A stretch of DNA of 64,000 bases from Dictyostelium discoideum (GCA_000004695.1 CM000151.3:6304001-6368000); one strand, 5' to 3'. Positions 41,319 through 56,131 are shown, counted from the first letter of the stretch. Translations and numbers: made by a program. Notes: generated by a model from the sequence alone, not told the origin.

Positions 41319-44300
41319 TTATTTTAAACCACCTGAAGTAATAGCAATCCAAATTGGTAATATTGTAGTTTTAAATTTAATTTCAATTTCTACATGAGAA
41401 CCATTAGTTTTCTTATTTGATATAAAAGCTATTTTGTTATTTGAAATTGATACTTCATTTGAAAAGGTTGAACCATTAAATCCACTAGTGTCAAGTAAAA
41501 ATTGATATGAATTACCTTGGTATTCAACTTTGAAATTACATATTGATGTATTAATTGATATTGGGTGAGAAGACTCTACCGAAGTCCAACTTGTTCCAAA
41601 ATTTTTGTGAATATTGAGTTGAGTAGAATGAGATTTAATATTTACTGCATGCATAGCCTTAAAGAAATTAAATGATGGATTTGGTGGATCTCTAAATTTA
41701 ACTAAAGGATGTTTATTGTTAAAGAATAATTCAAAGGTTTTACCACCTTGAGGAGCACCACCAATCTTAATATTGAATAATTCCATACCACCAATCGAGT
41801 ATCTTAAAGCTGGTTCGAATGAATTAACTTTTTCATGACGTGATGTTAAATTTTGAGGTTCAATAAAGAAAAATGGAATACCACTTGGTGATCTAATCTT
41901 TAAAAGTGTTTTACTTGAATCTAATAATTTTGAATAAGATTGAAATGTGAGCTTTGAGCATTTCATTAAATCTAACTTTATTAATCTTAGTTTTGAAATT
42001 GATTCTGAAACAATTAAATTATCAACAAATGGTGGTAATGCTAATTTAACAACCGATGGACATCCTTTATAAAGTTCATTAAAATCTTCTCCTAAGATAC
42101 CACTACAACCACCTAAATCCAATACCTCTAAATCTTTACAAGTTGAAGCAATAAGTTTAACTATTAAATCTGTAAGTGTTGGTATTTCATAAAGTTTTAA
42201 TTTTCTTAACTTTGGAGTGATTAAATCTGATAATACCCATTCATTGATTCCATTTTGATTATTACCAAAATTGAGATAGGTAATATTTGATAGATTAGAT
42301 AAACTTTTCAATTTACTACAATCATTAATTTTTAATTTTCTTGAAATAAATGATTGAATATCTGGTTTAATCTTTGAAAAAACTTCAATACTATTACTAT
42401 TGATATGTTCATCGAAATAAATCTTTTCAACATTTATATTTTCAAAGTAATCTAAATCCTCTACTTCAAATTGAATATTTAAAGGAATTGTAAACTTTTC
42501 TTTTTTAATTGAGTATTTTTCTTCCAATGAATTCTTTACAATTGATCTTAATTTTGGAACAGTTCTAGAGGTTTCAAAAAATATCCATGGACTAAAATCA
42601 ATTAATGGTTTAATTTTATCAATAATTGATTCAATATTTTTACTAATACTAAATGCTTTAGTAATATGTTCTGATACTTTTTCTTTTGAAAAATTTTTAT
42701 TACTACCTTGAGTTACCAATAAAAATAATGAAATACCAATATGAGCTTTTTGATAATTTGGATCAATTTTAAATATATTACTAAATTAAAAAAAATGAAT
42801 TAGTTTTTTATAAAAATAATAATAATAATAATAAAAATAAAAATTAAAATAAAATAATTTACTTACTTATAAGCAGTTAAAACTTTAGAGTAATCAAATT
42901 TTGAATTATATTTATATAAATGATCAAAGAATTTTGCCAAAAGGTAACTTGGATATGCTTTATCTGGTGATTGTTCAATAATTTCATTTAAAACTATTTC
43001 AATTTCTTCAATTTCTTTAGGAAGAATAAATCCTTCAAACTTTAAATGTGATAGAATAGTTTTAACTCTACAAATTTTTAAAAGAAGTACTTGACTTTGA
43101 ACAACTCCAATTGTATCAAATGTAGAGAGTTTTTTGTTTGCCAACACATAGTAGAGTTGTTTCTTTGTATAATCTTGTGAAGTTTTTGCCAACAAAGTTA
43201 AAACTTTAGCCAATTGGATAACAATTTGGAAATTATTATTCATGGTGAGAATTGATTGCTCTAAACGTTCCCTTGAAATTGTTAATAGTCTATGTTTACT
43301 TGTATCACTTAAACCTGAAGCCATAGATTTATAATATAAACTCATACCATCTGCATAATCAATAACATTTAATCTAGTTGAAAGAGTTTTAATCTCTTTA
43401 ATATCTGTATCTACAAATACGAATGAATCAGAATTATTAAATTGAGAAATTGCAATTTTACTAATTACCAAACCAATTGATTTACAAAATTTTTTTAAAA
43501 TCATTTCTCTGGTTGGAAGAGTTGTCAATAAATTTTTAATAATTTCTTGTGGAGTAACTGGTAATTTTGGTGAATTTTCATTTAACTCTGGCTCTTCTTT
43601 TTCGGTATTTACATTATTGAAAATATTTTGAAATTTCTTTTCCATCTTTTCTAATATAATTTTATTCCAAATATATTCAGTTTTATCTTTATATTCATCA
43701 AATAATAAATTTAAAAATTTTAATAATAAACCTAAATTGAAATAATAATAATATTAATATTAATAATAATAAAATAAAGAGAATTAATAAATTTTATTAT
43801 ATAATAATTTAAAAATTATTAATTATTATTATGTTTTTTTTTTACTTACTTCTATATGGATAATCAGATGGTAAATGAATATTTCTCATTTCTCTTCTTA
43901 ATAATTCTCTTGCTAAACTTTTAAGTGTTCTAACTATTGCTTCAATTGTAAAGAATCTTTTATAACCAATACTTGTACAATGACTTGCAACTTCACCAAT
44001 ATATCTAATATTAATACCTTCAGCATGAAGTAATTTTGAAACATCTGTAATCTTGTCAGAAATATTTGATAGTAAATCTTGTAAAAAATTTGTTTTTAAA
44101 CCAATTTCATCTCTAGTTTGAATATCTTTAGAGAATTTTGGAATGATATTATTCATTAAATCATCATATGCCTCTTGAACTTCCACATTATGTTTATTTG
44201 AATCAATTGTTGACATTGGCGAAAATGCATCACTACATAATGGTTTTTGATATTTTCTAACCAATTCTAGTCTTAATAGTTTATAAAGATATGAACCACG

Positions 44301-45860
44301 ATGTTTTGGTGGTTCTGGTGGTGATAATCTTGCGAAATCTAATAAATAGAAACGATTATCACCTCCTAAATGACCCTCAATATCAATTGGCCCACTGATT
44401 GATTTAATATCACCACTGATATCTTCTACAAAATGTTGTTTTAAATTGATAACTTTTGAAGCATTTAAAAAGAGATTATTGAAAATATTATTACTTGTGT
44501 GTACAGTTTGACCAGCGTCACAACTACCATAAATTAAACTTTTCTTTGAAATTGGTAATAATGACATTGCCATCAACCGGAAGCCTCTATAATCGATAAA
44601 TGCCATCAATGGTACATGTAAACCTTTGACACCACAATTTAAAAATGAAGCACAACCATTTAATTCATGTGCTGCTGTTTTCATTGCATTCTCATCATTG
44701 CCATATAATCCAAATGCTTCATTCTCCAACGCAAATTTGAATAATATACCTTGAACGATATACTTTTCACCACCAGCAATACCTCCGACACTAACTGGTT
44801 TAATTGTTTTCAATTCATTGGCCAAGAAATTCTCAGAGATAATAATTCTACCATAACTTTCAGCTGCATAAACAAAATCATGCTCTAATGAACTAAGTCT
44901 TTCAAATTTCTCTAAACAATCATCCATTTCTAATAATCTTTGAAATTCTGAACTCCAATAATATAATGCTATATTATCCATCTTTTTCCCAGTAATTGAA
45001 CTACCGCTACTACCACTGCTAAAACTTGAAGAAGCATTTGATACATTTAAATTATCATTTGTAAGGAATTTTGGATGTGAATAAGATGAATATGGATTGG
45101 ATTTAATATTATCATCTAAATATCCACTTTGTAATACTTGTAATCTTTGTCCAGATGGTGATGATGATGATGATGATGATAATGTTGTTGATATATCACT
45201 AATATTATTGTTATTTTCATTTTTTGGTAGTTCTAAAACTTTATTGTATCTTACTAATGATTCTAATACTAATAAATCATTTTCACTAATATCATGCATA
45301 AAATAAGGCTTTTTTAAATCAATATCATGATTATCTTCATTTCCACCACTATTAGTAGTTTTACTACCATAAATTGAATATGGATCACTACTTTGACTAT
45401 CTTGAACATTACAAATTCCATAAATTGATTCACTTTGATCGCTACCTTTATAACTATAAAAATTACTTTCACTTGATGAAAAGTCTTGTGTAGAATTTGA
45501 AGTGTTATCATATCTTGCTTTATTTGATGAAAATGAATCTGATATAGTTGGTGAAGCATTATCATATCTATTATTTGATTGTGTTGTTAAAGAAGAGGAT
45601 GATGAAACTGATTCTGATTTAATATCGTCTTTATTAAAATTATCATATCTTGATGATGAAGAAGATGATGATGATTGAACAATATTTGGTGAAGCATTAT
45701 CATATCTATTATTTGGTTGTTGTTGTTGTGTTATTGGCTGCACATTATCATATTTTTGTCTTAAAATATCTGGTGAGACCTTTAATCTTAATAATCTTTG
45801 CGAAAGGGCATTTTCTTTTTCTCCCAAGTATGAAAAAACTTCATTATAATCATAGCCCAT
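41319..45860 (-). CDS. CLU (clustered-mitochondria/TIF31-like) domain protein, paralog A, with an LRR-like C-terminus. Three exons (minus strand): 45860..43850, 43731..42867, 42780..41319; about 1445 aa
   Basis: The central Clu-domain signature reads 'AMKTAAHELNGCASFLNCGVKGLHVPLMAFIDYRGFRLMAMSLLPI...GHLGGDNRFYLLDFARLSPPEPP...LHAEGINIRYIGEVA'. Introns run from GTAAGT (43849..43844) to the AG at 43733-43732 and from GTAAGT (42866..42861) to the AG at 42782-42781. They join three ORFs in the same order and with the same junction sequences ('PYR|SLLLKFLNLLFDEY...', '...TAYN|NIFKIDPNYQKAHIG') as the single continuous ORF of paralog B. The C-terminus has 'LEVLDLGGCSGILGEDFNELYKGCPSVVKLALPPF' (LRR/F-box-LRR-like). 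Confidence 0.65.
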
Positions 45861-46254
45861 TTTGTTTGGATTTGTTTTTTTTTTTTTTTAGTAATAATAC
45901 AGAAAAAAAGATTTTTTTTTTTTTTTTTTGTGTTGTGTAAAAAAATGATTTATTGATAACAAAAAAAAAAAAAAACTAATCTCTTTAATAGTTTTTTTTT
46001 TCTTTTTTTTTTTTTCTATTTGCTATTTTTTAAAATTAATTGAAACAATGGAAATAAAAAAGAAAAAACATCATTTTGAAATATCTTTTTTTTTTTTTTT
46101 TTTTTGATTTTTTTTTTTTTTTTTTAGATATTTTTTAAAAACGTTGTTTTGGTTGCCTTTCTGTGAAAAAAGTAAATTTTATTTTTAATTTTTTTTAATT
46201 TTTTTTTTTTTTTTTTAACCAATTTTAATTTTAATTTTATTTTTAAAAATTTTA

Positions 46255-49200
46255 TTAATTTTGGATACCTGTGGCAATTGCAAAGAAAATTGCAAATGGA
46301 GAAATGATTTTACTAGTTTTAATATCAGCATCAACACTTAATCTCATAGTTTTTGCATTTGAAACGGTTAAGACAGCATTTAAATTTGATCCAATTGAAA
46401 CATTTGAAGTGAAAGTAATACCTTGAAGACCAGATTGAGCGATATTTTTAAATTGATAAGAGATACCTTGAGATTCGATTTTAGTTGCAAAAGTTGGTGA
46501 ACTTGACATTGGTAAAGTTTGAGTGGATTCAATAGTTCTCCAATTTCCATTCATAGTGATATCATTGTAAACTGTTAATTTTGTAATTGGTTTATCAATG
46601 ATATTGACATGAGCAACTTTAAAGAAACCTGAAGAATTGAGTAAAGCATTTGGTGGATTTCTAAATCTTACCAATGGATTCTTATTATTATAAAATAGTT
46701 CAAAATTTCTACCTGAAGAAACCATTATACCATGACCAATCTTCAAATAGAATAATTCCATACCACCAACTGAATATCTTAAACATGGTTCATTTGGAGC
46801 TACTTTAGCATGACGAGCTGTAATATATTGTTGGTCAAGATAGAACATTGGTACACCAATTGGATTTCTAACTTTTTTGAGTGTACTACAAATATCTAAT
46901 GCTTTTGAGTATGAATGATGAGTAACTTTTGAACATTTAATTAAATCCAATCTAACCAATGGTAAAGTACCATTTAAAATCTCTGAAACACCATCATTCT
47001 CTATGAATGGTGGTAATGCTAATTTAGCAATTGATGGACAACCTTTATAAAGTTCATTAAAATCTTCTCCTAAAATACCACTACAACCACCTAAATCCAA
47101 TACTTCTAATTCTTTACAAGTTGATGAAATTAATTTAACTGTTTTATCTGTAATATCTGGTAATTCATATAATTTTAATTTCTTTAATATTGGTGTAATT
47201 AAATTTTCAATCATTTCATCTTTAACACCTTTTGAAAAACCTAAATTTAATTTTATAATATTTCTAAATTTACTTAAACTTTCAAAAATTTTAAATTCAT
47301 TTTCATTATTATTATTATTTTCCTCTTCTTTTACTTCTTTTTCTTCTTGATTATTTTCTTCTTCTTCTTCTTTTTCTTCCTCTTTTTCTTCTTCTTCTTC
47401 TTTAATTTTACTAAATTTACTAAATCTAATTATAATTGATTGTGAATTTGATTGAATTTTTGAGAAAACTTCAATATTTTTAGCATTTGAATGATCATCA
47501 AAATAAATCTTTTCTAATTTAATATTTTCAAAATAATATTGATCATTAAATTCAAAATGAAGATCATGTGGAATTAAAAGTTTATTATTATTTTTTTCAA
47601 CTTTTAATTCTAATGCACTCTTTACCATTGATCTAACTTTTGGAATTGATCTTGATGATTCAAAAACTACCCATGGATTAAAATCAACTAATGGTTTAAT
47701 TTTGTTTACAATTGATTCAATATTACCAACTTTGAATGCTTTTACTATATGATCAGAAACTTTTTCAGGTGAAAATAGTTTATGAAGATGTTGAGTTTTT
47801 AATAAAAATATTGAAATACCAATATGAGCTTTTTGATAATTTGGATCAATTGTGAAAATCGTATCATAAACATCGGTAATCTTTGAATAGTCATACTCTG
47901 CTGAACTACCTTTTGAACAAATGAAATAGAATTTTGCTAAAAGATAATTTGGATAAGCTTTATTTGGTGATAGTTCTATTGTATCCTTTATGATTTGTTC
48001 AATTTTTTCAATTTTTTCTGCTTGGAAGTATTGAATTCTTAAATGTGATAATGAAATTTTAATTCTTTGAATTCTTGAAATTAATAAAAGATTTTGATCA
48101 ATTCTTAATTGTTCCAATTGAGAAACTGTATTTTCAGCCAATGTGAATAGTTCTCTTTTAATATTATCATTATCAGTGGTTTTAGCTAATAAACGAATAA
48201 CATTTGCCAATTGAAACATTGCATTATGATTGGTACTCATTGAATGAATTGATTCCTCTAAACGATCCTTTGAAATTGTTAATAGTCTGTTCTTACTTTT
48301 ACTATTTAAACCAGTTGCCATTGATTTATAATATAAACTCATACCATCTGCATAATCAATGATATTTAATCTTGAAACTAATGTATTGATTGCTTTGATA
48401 TCTGGATCAACGAATACGAATGATGATGACTTTGAAAATTGTTCAAGTGAAACTTTGCTAAGTACAAGACCAATTGATTTACAGAATTTAGTTAAAATCT
48501 TTGATCTTGTATATGGACTTAATAATAAATCTTTAATCAACTCTTGAGGTGAATATTTGAAATTTTGAGGATCCTCAACAAAATCATTTGGAATTGAATT
48601 GAATCTACTAAATGATTCTTTATCTTTATAGGAATCAACGAAAGGATTTATAAATTTCTCTTCGAAATGGGTTGCTTTATTGACGAAAATATTTTGAAAT
48701 TTCTTTTCCATCTTTTCAAAAACAATTTTTGACCAAAATAATTCAGTTTTACCTTTATAATCATCAAATATTAAATTTAAGAAATTTAATAATAAATTTC
48801 TATATGGATAATCAGATGGTAAATGAGTTTTCTTCATTTCTCTTCTTAATAATTCTCTTGCTAAACTTTTAAGTGTTCTAACTATTGCTTCAATTGTAAA
48901 GAATCTTTTATAACCAATACTTGTACAATGACTTGCAACTTCACCAATATATCTAACATTAATACCTTCAGCATGAAGTAACTTTGAAATATCTTTAATT
49001 TTATTATTAGCTTGTCTTAGAATTTCAACTGATGAATTTGTTTGGAAACAAATTTCATCTCTAGTTTGAATAAATTTAGAGAATTTTGGAATGATATTAT
49101 TGATTAAATCATCATATGCTTCTTGAACTTCTACATTATGCATATCAATATCAATACTTGACATTGGCGAAAATGCATCACTACATAATGGTTTTTGATA

Positions 49201-50489
49201 TTTTCTAACCAATTCTAGTCTTAATAGTTTATAAAGATATGAACCACGATGTTTTGGTGGTTCTGGTGGTGATAATCTTGCGAAATCTAATAAATAGAAA
49301 CGATTATCACTTCCTAAATGACCCTCAATATCAATTGGCCCACTGATTGATTTAATATCACCACTGATATCTTGAACAAAATGTGGCTTTAAATTTACAA
49401 TTTTGGCAGCATTTGAAAAGAGATTATTGAAAATATTATTACTTGTGTGTACAGTTTGACCAGCGTCACAACTACCATAAATTAAACTTTTCTTTGAAAT
49501 TGGTAATAATGACATTGCCATCAACCGGAAGCCTCTATAATCGATAAATGCCATCAATGGTACATGTAAACCTTTGACACCACAGTTTAAAAATGATGTA
49601 CAACCATTTAACTCATGTGCTGCTGTTTTCATTGCATTCTCGTCATTACCATATAATCCAAATGTTTCACTCTCCAATGCAAATTTGAATAATATACCTT
49701 GAACGATATACTTTTCACCACCAGCAATACCTCCGACACTAACTGGTTTAATTGTTTTCAATTCATTTGATAAGAAATTCTCAGAGATAATAATTCTACC
49801 ATAACTTTCAGCTGCATAAACAAAATCGTGCTCTAATGAACTAAGTCTTTCAAATTTCTCTAAACAATCATCCATTTCTAATAATCTTTGAAATTCTGAA
49901 TTCCATGAATATAATGAAATACTTTCCATTTTTTTTGTACTTAATGAACTTGCTGATGATTGAGTAATTGTTCTACCACTACCACTACTTTCTGATAAAG
50001 CTTTATCAGTAAGGAATTTTGGATGTGAATAAGACGATATAAATGCATTATTACTACTAATATATGGATTTGAATTAAAATTATTCTCTTCTTCATATCC
50101 ACTTAATGTTAATTTTGGTCTTGATGATGTTCCACAAGTATCATCATCATCTTTGTCATCTTCATCTTCTTCAAATTCACCTATTTTTGATTTAGATTGA
50201 ACTAATGATTCTAATAATAATAAATCACTTTCACTAATATCACGTTCACTATATGCTCTTTTCTTCTTTTCATTACCACTACTTGTAGTTAAATCAGATT
50301 GTTCATAATCTTCGTCTTCTTCATCTTCACTATATGGTTCATCATTTCCATTAGCATTGTAAGCACTATAACTTGATGAGCCACCATAACTTGAAATATT
50401 ATAATTACTTGAACCACCACCAACTAAACTACCACCATATTGACTATAATTACCACCAGCAACCATATTACCACCATATTGACTATAAC

Positions 50490-50524
<35 letters not shown>

Positions 50525-51144
50525 CCTTGTTCACTATATTGTGAAAAAGCATTATATGAATTATTGTTGTTATTTTCAACATCACCAGACACTAATGGTG
50601 CATTATCATATCTTGAAGCTGTTGATGAAAATGATGATGTTAAATTATTTCTTCCTGTTAATTCTTCATTTTGATTTGTTGTAGATTTTGACTTTTCATC
50701 ATTTGAATTTTCATATCCTGATTTACTTGGAGTAGATTCATCTTCATTTTCATATGATGATTTAATTGGAGTTTGTGAATTTGTTGTTGTGGTTGTTGTC
50801 TCTACTACATTCTCTGATTTATTTTGATCATTTTCAACTTCAGTGTTAGCGACTGTTGTATTTGTATTTGTTGTTGTAGTTGTTGTTGTTGTTGTTGTTG
50901 GAGCATTAGTTGGTGAATTTATTTCATTTACTAATTTATTTTCTTCTCCCTCACTTTTTATTGGTTGTTGTTGTTTTGAGGCTTCATCAACTACTGTTGT
51001 TGTTGTTGTTGCTGTAGGCTGTTGAGTTGGATTTGGTTTGGGTGCTACTTTTGCTGGTCTTTTAAACCTTGCTGGTCTTTGAGAAAGAGCTCTTTCTTTT
51101 TCACCCCAGTATGAAAAAATTTCACTAAAATTTTTATTTGTCAT
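46255..51144 (-). CDS. CLU-domain protein, paralog B (single 1629-aa ORF), tandem to paralog A
   Basis: The ORF is collinear with paralog A throughout: N-terminus 'MTNKNFSEIFSYWGEKERALSQR' versus 'MGYDYNEVFSYLGEKENALSQR', an identical Clu-domain block, and an LRR-like C-terminus. It has additional acidic and E/K-rich insertions ('KEEEEEKEEEKEEEEENNQEEKEVKEEE'). Confidence 0.7.
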
Positions 51145-52045
51145 AGTGTTGTGAGATATTTAAAAGGTTATTTTTAATTCTACCTTTTGTTTTATTTATT
51201 TTTTTATTTTATTTTTTTTTTAACTAATAATAAAAAAAAAAAACAAAAAAAAAGAAAAAAAAGTGTTAATAAAAAAACATTAAAACACAATCAAAGAAGA
51301 TAACTTACCAATATATACACTTTTAAAAGAATTATATTAAATATACACAGAAATAATTTGGAAAAAAAAAAAAATAAATAAAATGGGAAAAAAAGTTTTT
51401 TTTTTTTTTTTGTGAATCAAATTCAGTTAAAAAAAAAAAAAAGATATTTTGGTTGATTAAAAAAAAAAAAATAAAATAAAATAAAAATATTTTTTTTGAT
51501 TCACAAAAATATCAAAAAACGTTTTATTAAAAAAAATCTTGTTTAAAAAAATAAATGAATTTTGGGTATTAGTTAATATTAATTTATTAATGTTTTTCCT
51601 TTTATGGCATTCAGACGAACGTTTATGTTGCGGATTTTATTCACCACTGACTTCAAGACGTTGTTTATTATTTTTAAACGCTTACTTTTAAAAAAAAATT
51701 TTGAATGACACAAAAGAGAAAAAAGCAAATAAAAATAAAAAAATAAAAAAAACTAATAAATCATTATTATTTTTTTTTTTTTATTTTAAAATAAAAAAAA
51801 TAAAAAAAAAAAATAAAATATTTTAAGGGTATCAAATTGGAATGTTTTTGTCAGTAAAAAATCTATAAATATTCACTTAACAATAAAAAAAAAATAAAAA
51901 ATAAAAAAAAAATAAAATAAAAATAAAACAAAAAACGAACGAAACAATTTTTTTTTTATTTTTTTTTATTTTTTTTTATTTTTTTTATTTTTTTTATTAT
52001 TTTTCATTTTTTATAGATTTTATTAAACAAAAGGAAAACCTCAGA

Positions 52046-52222
52046 ATGGATAATTTATTAGTTTCATATAATGACAGCGATGAAAGTGATGTTGAAGAGA
52101 ATATAGAATCTTATAAAAATGAATTAGAATCAAGAGCAAGCACAATTTTAAAAGAATCAATTGAAAATCACGAAATTTCAATAAATGAAAATGGTGAAAT
52201 AACAATTGAATTAAATAAACAC

Positions 52223-52312
<90 letters not shown>

Positions 52313-53627
52313 GTAAATGAAATTAATAATGTAAATAGTAAAAAAAGAAATATAGATTCACTTTATAAAGATGACTCTGAAACAACCACCACCACAACAA
52401 CAACAAATAATGAAGAAAATAATACAAAAATTGGAAAGATTGGAGATATTTGTAATGTTTGTACTATAGAGAAATCAAAATATAAATGTCCAGGATGTTC
52501 AATTTTATTTTGTTCATTAATATGTTCAAATAAACATAAAATCGATACAAAATGTACAGGTGTTAGAAAAGATAATCATTTTATACCTTTAAATAAATTT
52601 AAAGATTCTGATATTGTAAATGGTAAATATAGATATAAATTTAAATTTTAAAAATTCTATTAAAATATATTAATGATATTATTTTATTTTTTTTAATTCA
52701 TTCCTATAGATTTTAACTTTTTAGATAAAATTAATAGAGTAAATGAAAATGGTAAAGCAATTGTTGCAAATTCTTTCATTAAATTTAAATCTAAACATTT
52801 ACAACAATTTGCATTTAGAAAAAATATAAACCTTTATATCATGCCAAAAGAAATGTCAAGACATAAAGAAAATACAACTTCTTTTAAAAAACCGTTTGTA
52901 TTAAATTCACTACAAATATTTATATATATATAAAAAAGTAAACAATCCATTAATTAATTTATTATTTTTTTTTTAAAAATTTAGTAAAAATTTATTACTT
53001 TGGAGAATTGAATGGTTATTTTTAGATGATGATTTTAAATGGTCAGATCCATCAATTCAAGATTCAATGATAATGAATGACCTTTTACAAAAACATATTG
53101 ATGATCCTGTAAATATATATAACCTTAAAAATAATTTAAAAAAATTAAATTCAAATAGAGATTATAGAAATCCAAATGAAAATTTCACTGTTTTAATGAA
53201 AAGAGAAAGAGATTCTGTATGTATTATTTAATTTAATTTAATTTAATTTAATTTAATTTATTTAAAATACTTAAATATTAATTTTATAAAAATAAAAAAT
53301 AAAAAATAGAAAAATCAATACTATAGATTTGATTTAACAAAAACATTTGATGAGAATTTTCAATTTAAAGAGATAATAGAATTTCCAACATTACTAGTAT
53401 TTACAAATAATTCAAAAAATTTATCAAATTATAATATTATTTCATTGGAAGATCAATCAATCATTGAAAAACAACAACTAGAAATTATAAAAGCAAACCT
53501 TTCTTTTAAAACTAAATATGACCCAAATTTAACAAATACTGAGGACCAATCAAAAAGATTTAAACCTAATAATAACAATAATAATAATAAAAATGGTAAT
53601 AAAAAAAATGATAGATTTAAAAATAAA

Positions 53628-53680
<53 letters not shown>

Positions 53681-53723
53681 TGATAATGATAATAATAATA
53701 ATAATAATAAAGATAATGAATAA
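52046..53723 (+). CDS. zf-HIT / BCD1-domain protein (box C/D snoRNP assembly factor BCD1/ZNHIT6 homologue). Four exons: 52046..52622, 52710..52893, 52985..53216, 53310..53723; about 468 aa
   Basis: The HIT zinc finger is 'CNVCTIEKSKYKCPGCSILFCSLICSNKHK'. Exon 3 carries the BCD1-domain hallmark 'LLLWRIEWLF'. Donors are GTAAAT(52623), a weak GTTTGT(52894) and GTATGT(53217), with acceptors at 52708-09, 52983-84 and 53308-09. Phases are consistent and the in-frame stops are removed. The C-terminus is N/K/D-rich. Confidence 0.6.
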
Positions 53724-53974
53724 AGTAATAGGAAATTATGAGAAATTAAAAAAGATTATCGGTTGTTTTTTCGAGATGTTTGATGAATGTCGAGCTTTTA
53801 TTTGAAAAAAAACTAATATTATTATTTTTATTTTTTTTTATTTTTTTTTTATTTTTTTTTTTTATATGTGAAAATAATAACCATGAATATGTGGTTTCAT
53901 TTTAAAACAATTTTATTAATATTTTTTTTTTTTTGTTTTTATATAAAAAATGAAAGTAGAATTTAATTAAAATA

Positions 53975-54021
<47 letters not shown>

Positions 54022-54068
54022 TTAAACATTCTTTTTGCAACATTCATTCTTTAATTTTATATATAAAT

Positions 54069-54105
<37 letters not shown>

Positions 54106-54504
54106 TGTGAATAACAAATTCTCACACTCGCATATCACACTTCCCACTATTTTAAGTAATTTAATATTTTAATATTAATTTCTTTAAAATACCACACTCT
54201 GACAATACCACACACAACTACTTTTAATTAACACGAATAAATTTTCCTTATTCAACAACAACAACAATCTCTGTCAAATATCCATTTTTAGATACATACA
54301 TAAAATCTAAAAAATATTGTTGTTTATTTCTTTTTTTTTTTTTTTTTTTAAATATTTTTTTTTTTTTTTTTTTTTTTTTATTAAACATTTTTATTAAAAA
54401 TAATTTTAATCTATATAACATAACCCACTAACAAATAATAAAAATTAAAAAAAAAGATAAAAAAAATAAAAAAAATAATACTATCACATACCCACTTCTT
54501 TCCA

Positions 54505-54551
<47 letters not shown>

Positions 54552-54674
54552 ATAAATTAAAAATAAACAAATAAAAAAATAAAAAAAAATTTTTTTTTTT
54601 TTTTTTAATAAATCGGATATAACCATTATTATAATTTTTATTATTAAATTTTTTTATAACAAAAATTAATAGGA

Positions 54675-54705
<31 letters not shown>

Positions 54706-54796
54706 TTTTAGTTTAATTTCTATTCTTTTTTTTTCTTTACAAATTAAAATATATAAAAAAAAAATAAAAAAAAAATAAAAAAAATAAAAAATAAAA

Positions 54797-56131
54797 ATGA
54801 AATTGATTTCAGAAATATCATTCTTTAAATTTATAAATAATAAATCAAATAATGGTGAATTTGAATCAGCAACTCAAGAATATAGCGAAACTATAATTGA
54901 AGAACAAAATATTTTAAAAAATCAAGAAGAGGGAGAAGAAATAGTTGAAAATGAAAATGAACCAGAAATTGAAAAGGAATTAACAGAAACAATAATTATA
55001 AATGAATCAATTGAAAATATTAAGTTATTTGGTAATAATAATAATAATAGTAATAATAATAATAAAAAGAATAATAATAATAATAAAAAATCAAGAAAGA
55101 AAAGAAAAGTACATGAAAATAATAATAATAAAAGTGTTGATGTTCAATATAAAAAGGGTTATTTTATAAATTCAAGAGGAATGAAATTAGTTTGTCAAGA
55201 ATGGATACCACATAATCCAAGGTATTATTAATTAAATTTTATTTTTATTTTTTTTCATTAATTTTAATAAAAATATATATATTAATATTATTATTATTAT
55301 TATTATTATTAAAAAAAAAAAAAAAGAGGTATTGTTATAGTTTTACATGGATATGGTGATCATGGACAAACTACATTAGCAGAAGATTGTAAGATTATGG
55401 CAAGAAATGGATTTGCATCATTTATTTATGATCAACAAGGACATGGATTAAGTGAAGGTGTACCAGCGTATATTAGGGATTTTGATGATTTAGTAGAGGA
55501 TTCATTATTGTTTATATCAGATATTAAATTTAGATTTCCAAGATTAAAGAGATTCGTTTGTTGTACAAGTATGGGTGGTGCAGTTGGTACATTGGTTTCA
55601 TTAAGAAAACCAGAAGTATTCGATGGTGGTTTAATTCTATTGGCACCATTGATAAAGTTGGATGAAAATATGATACCAAATCCAATATTAGTTTCATTGT
55701 TAACATGGGTTTCAAAATCATTTCCAACATTAGCAATTGTACCAGGAGAGAATGTTTTGGATCGTTCGATCAAAGATCCACAGAAAAGGGTTGAACATGC
55801 AAATCATCCATTAACTTATAAAGGTAGAGCACGTATTGGTACTGGTTTAGCAATTCTAAAGGCAACAAGTTTTCTTCAATCCCATTTGGAGGATATTTCA
55901 GTTCCTCTTTTAATTTTACATGGTTCATTGGATAGAGTTTCTTCTCCAACCGTAAGTGAAGAACTCTACAAGAAAGCAATCAGTGCCGATAAAACTTTAA
56001 AATTATATCCAACTTTTTGGCATGGTATAACCTCTGAAAAAGATGCTGATATAGTTTATAATGATATTATTAATTGGATGATTGAAAGATTAAATCCTAA
56101 AAAAGATTTTGTTGGTTCAGCCAGTTTTTAA
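54797..56131 (+). CDS. Monoglyceride-lipase / lysophospholipase-like alpha/beta hydrolase (hydrolase_4-type). Two exons: 54797..55221 and 55327..56131
   Basis: Exon 2 begins at the oxyanion motif 'GIVIVLHGYGDHG'. The nucleophile elbow is 'CCTSMGGAVG' (GxSxG variant) and 'LILHGSLDRVSSP' holds the Asp and His acid/base region. The intron runs from GT at 55222 to the AG at 55325-55326 (phase 2, AG+A gives Arg). The N-terminal 140 aa is a low-complexity extension. Confidence 0.7.

Noticed and set aside
39256-42719. ORF-track start positions such as 39256 (GTG), 42719 (TTG) and 53445 (TTG)
   Set aside because: The track evidently allows bacterial alternative start codons. These are internal exon positions, not eukaryotic initiation sites.
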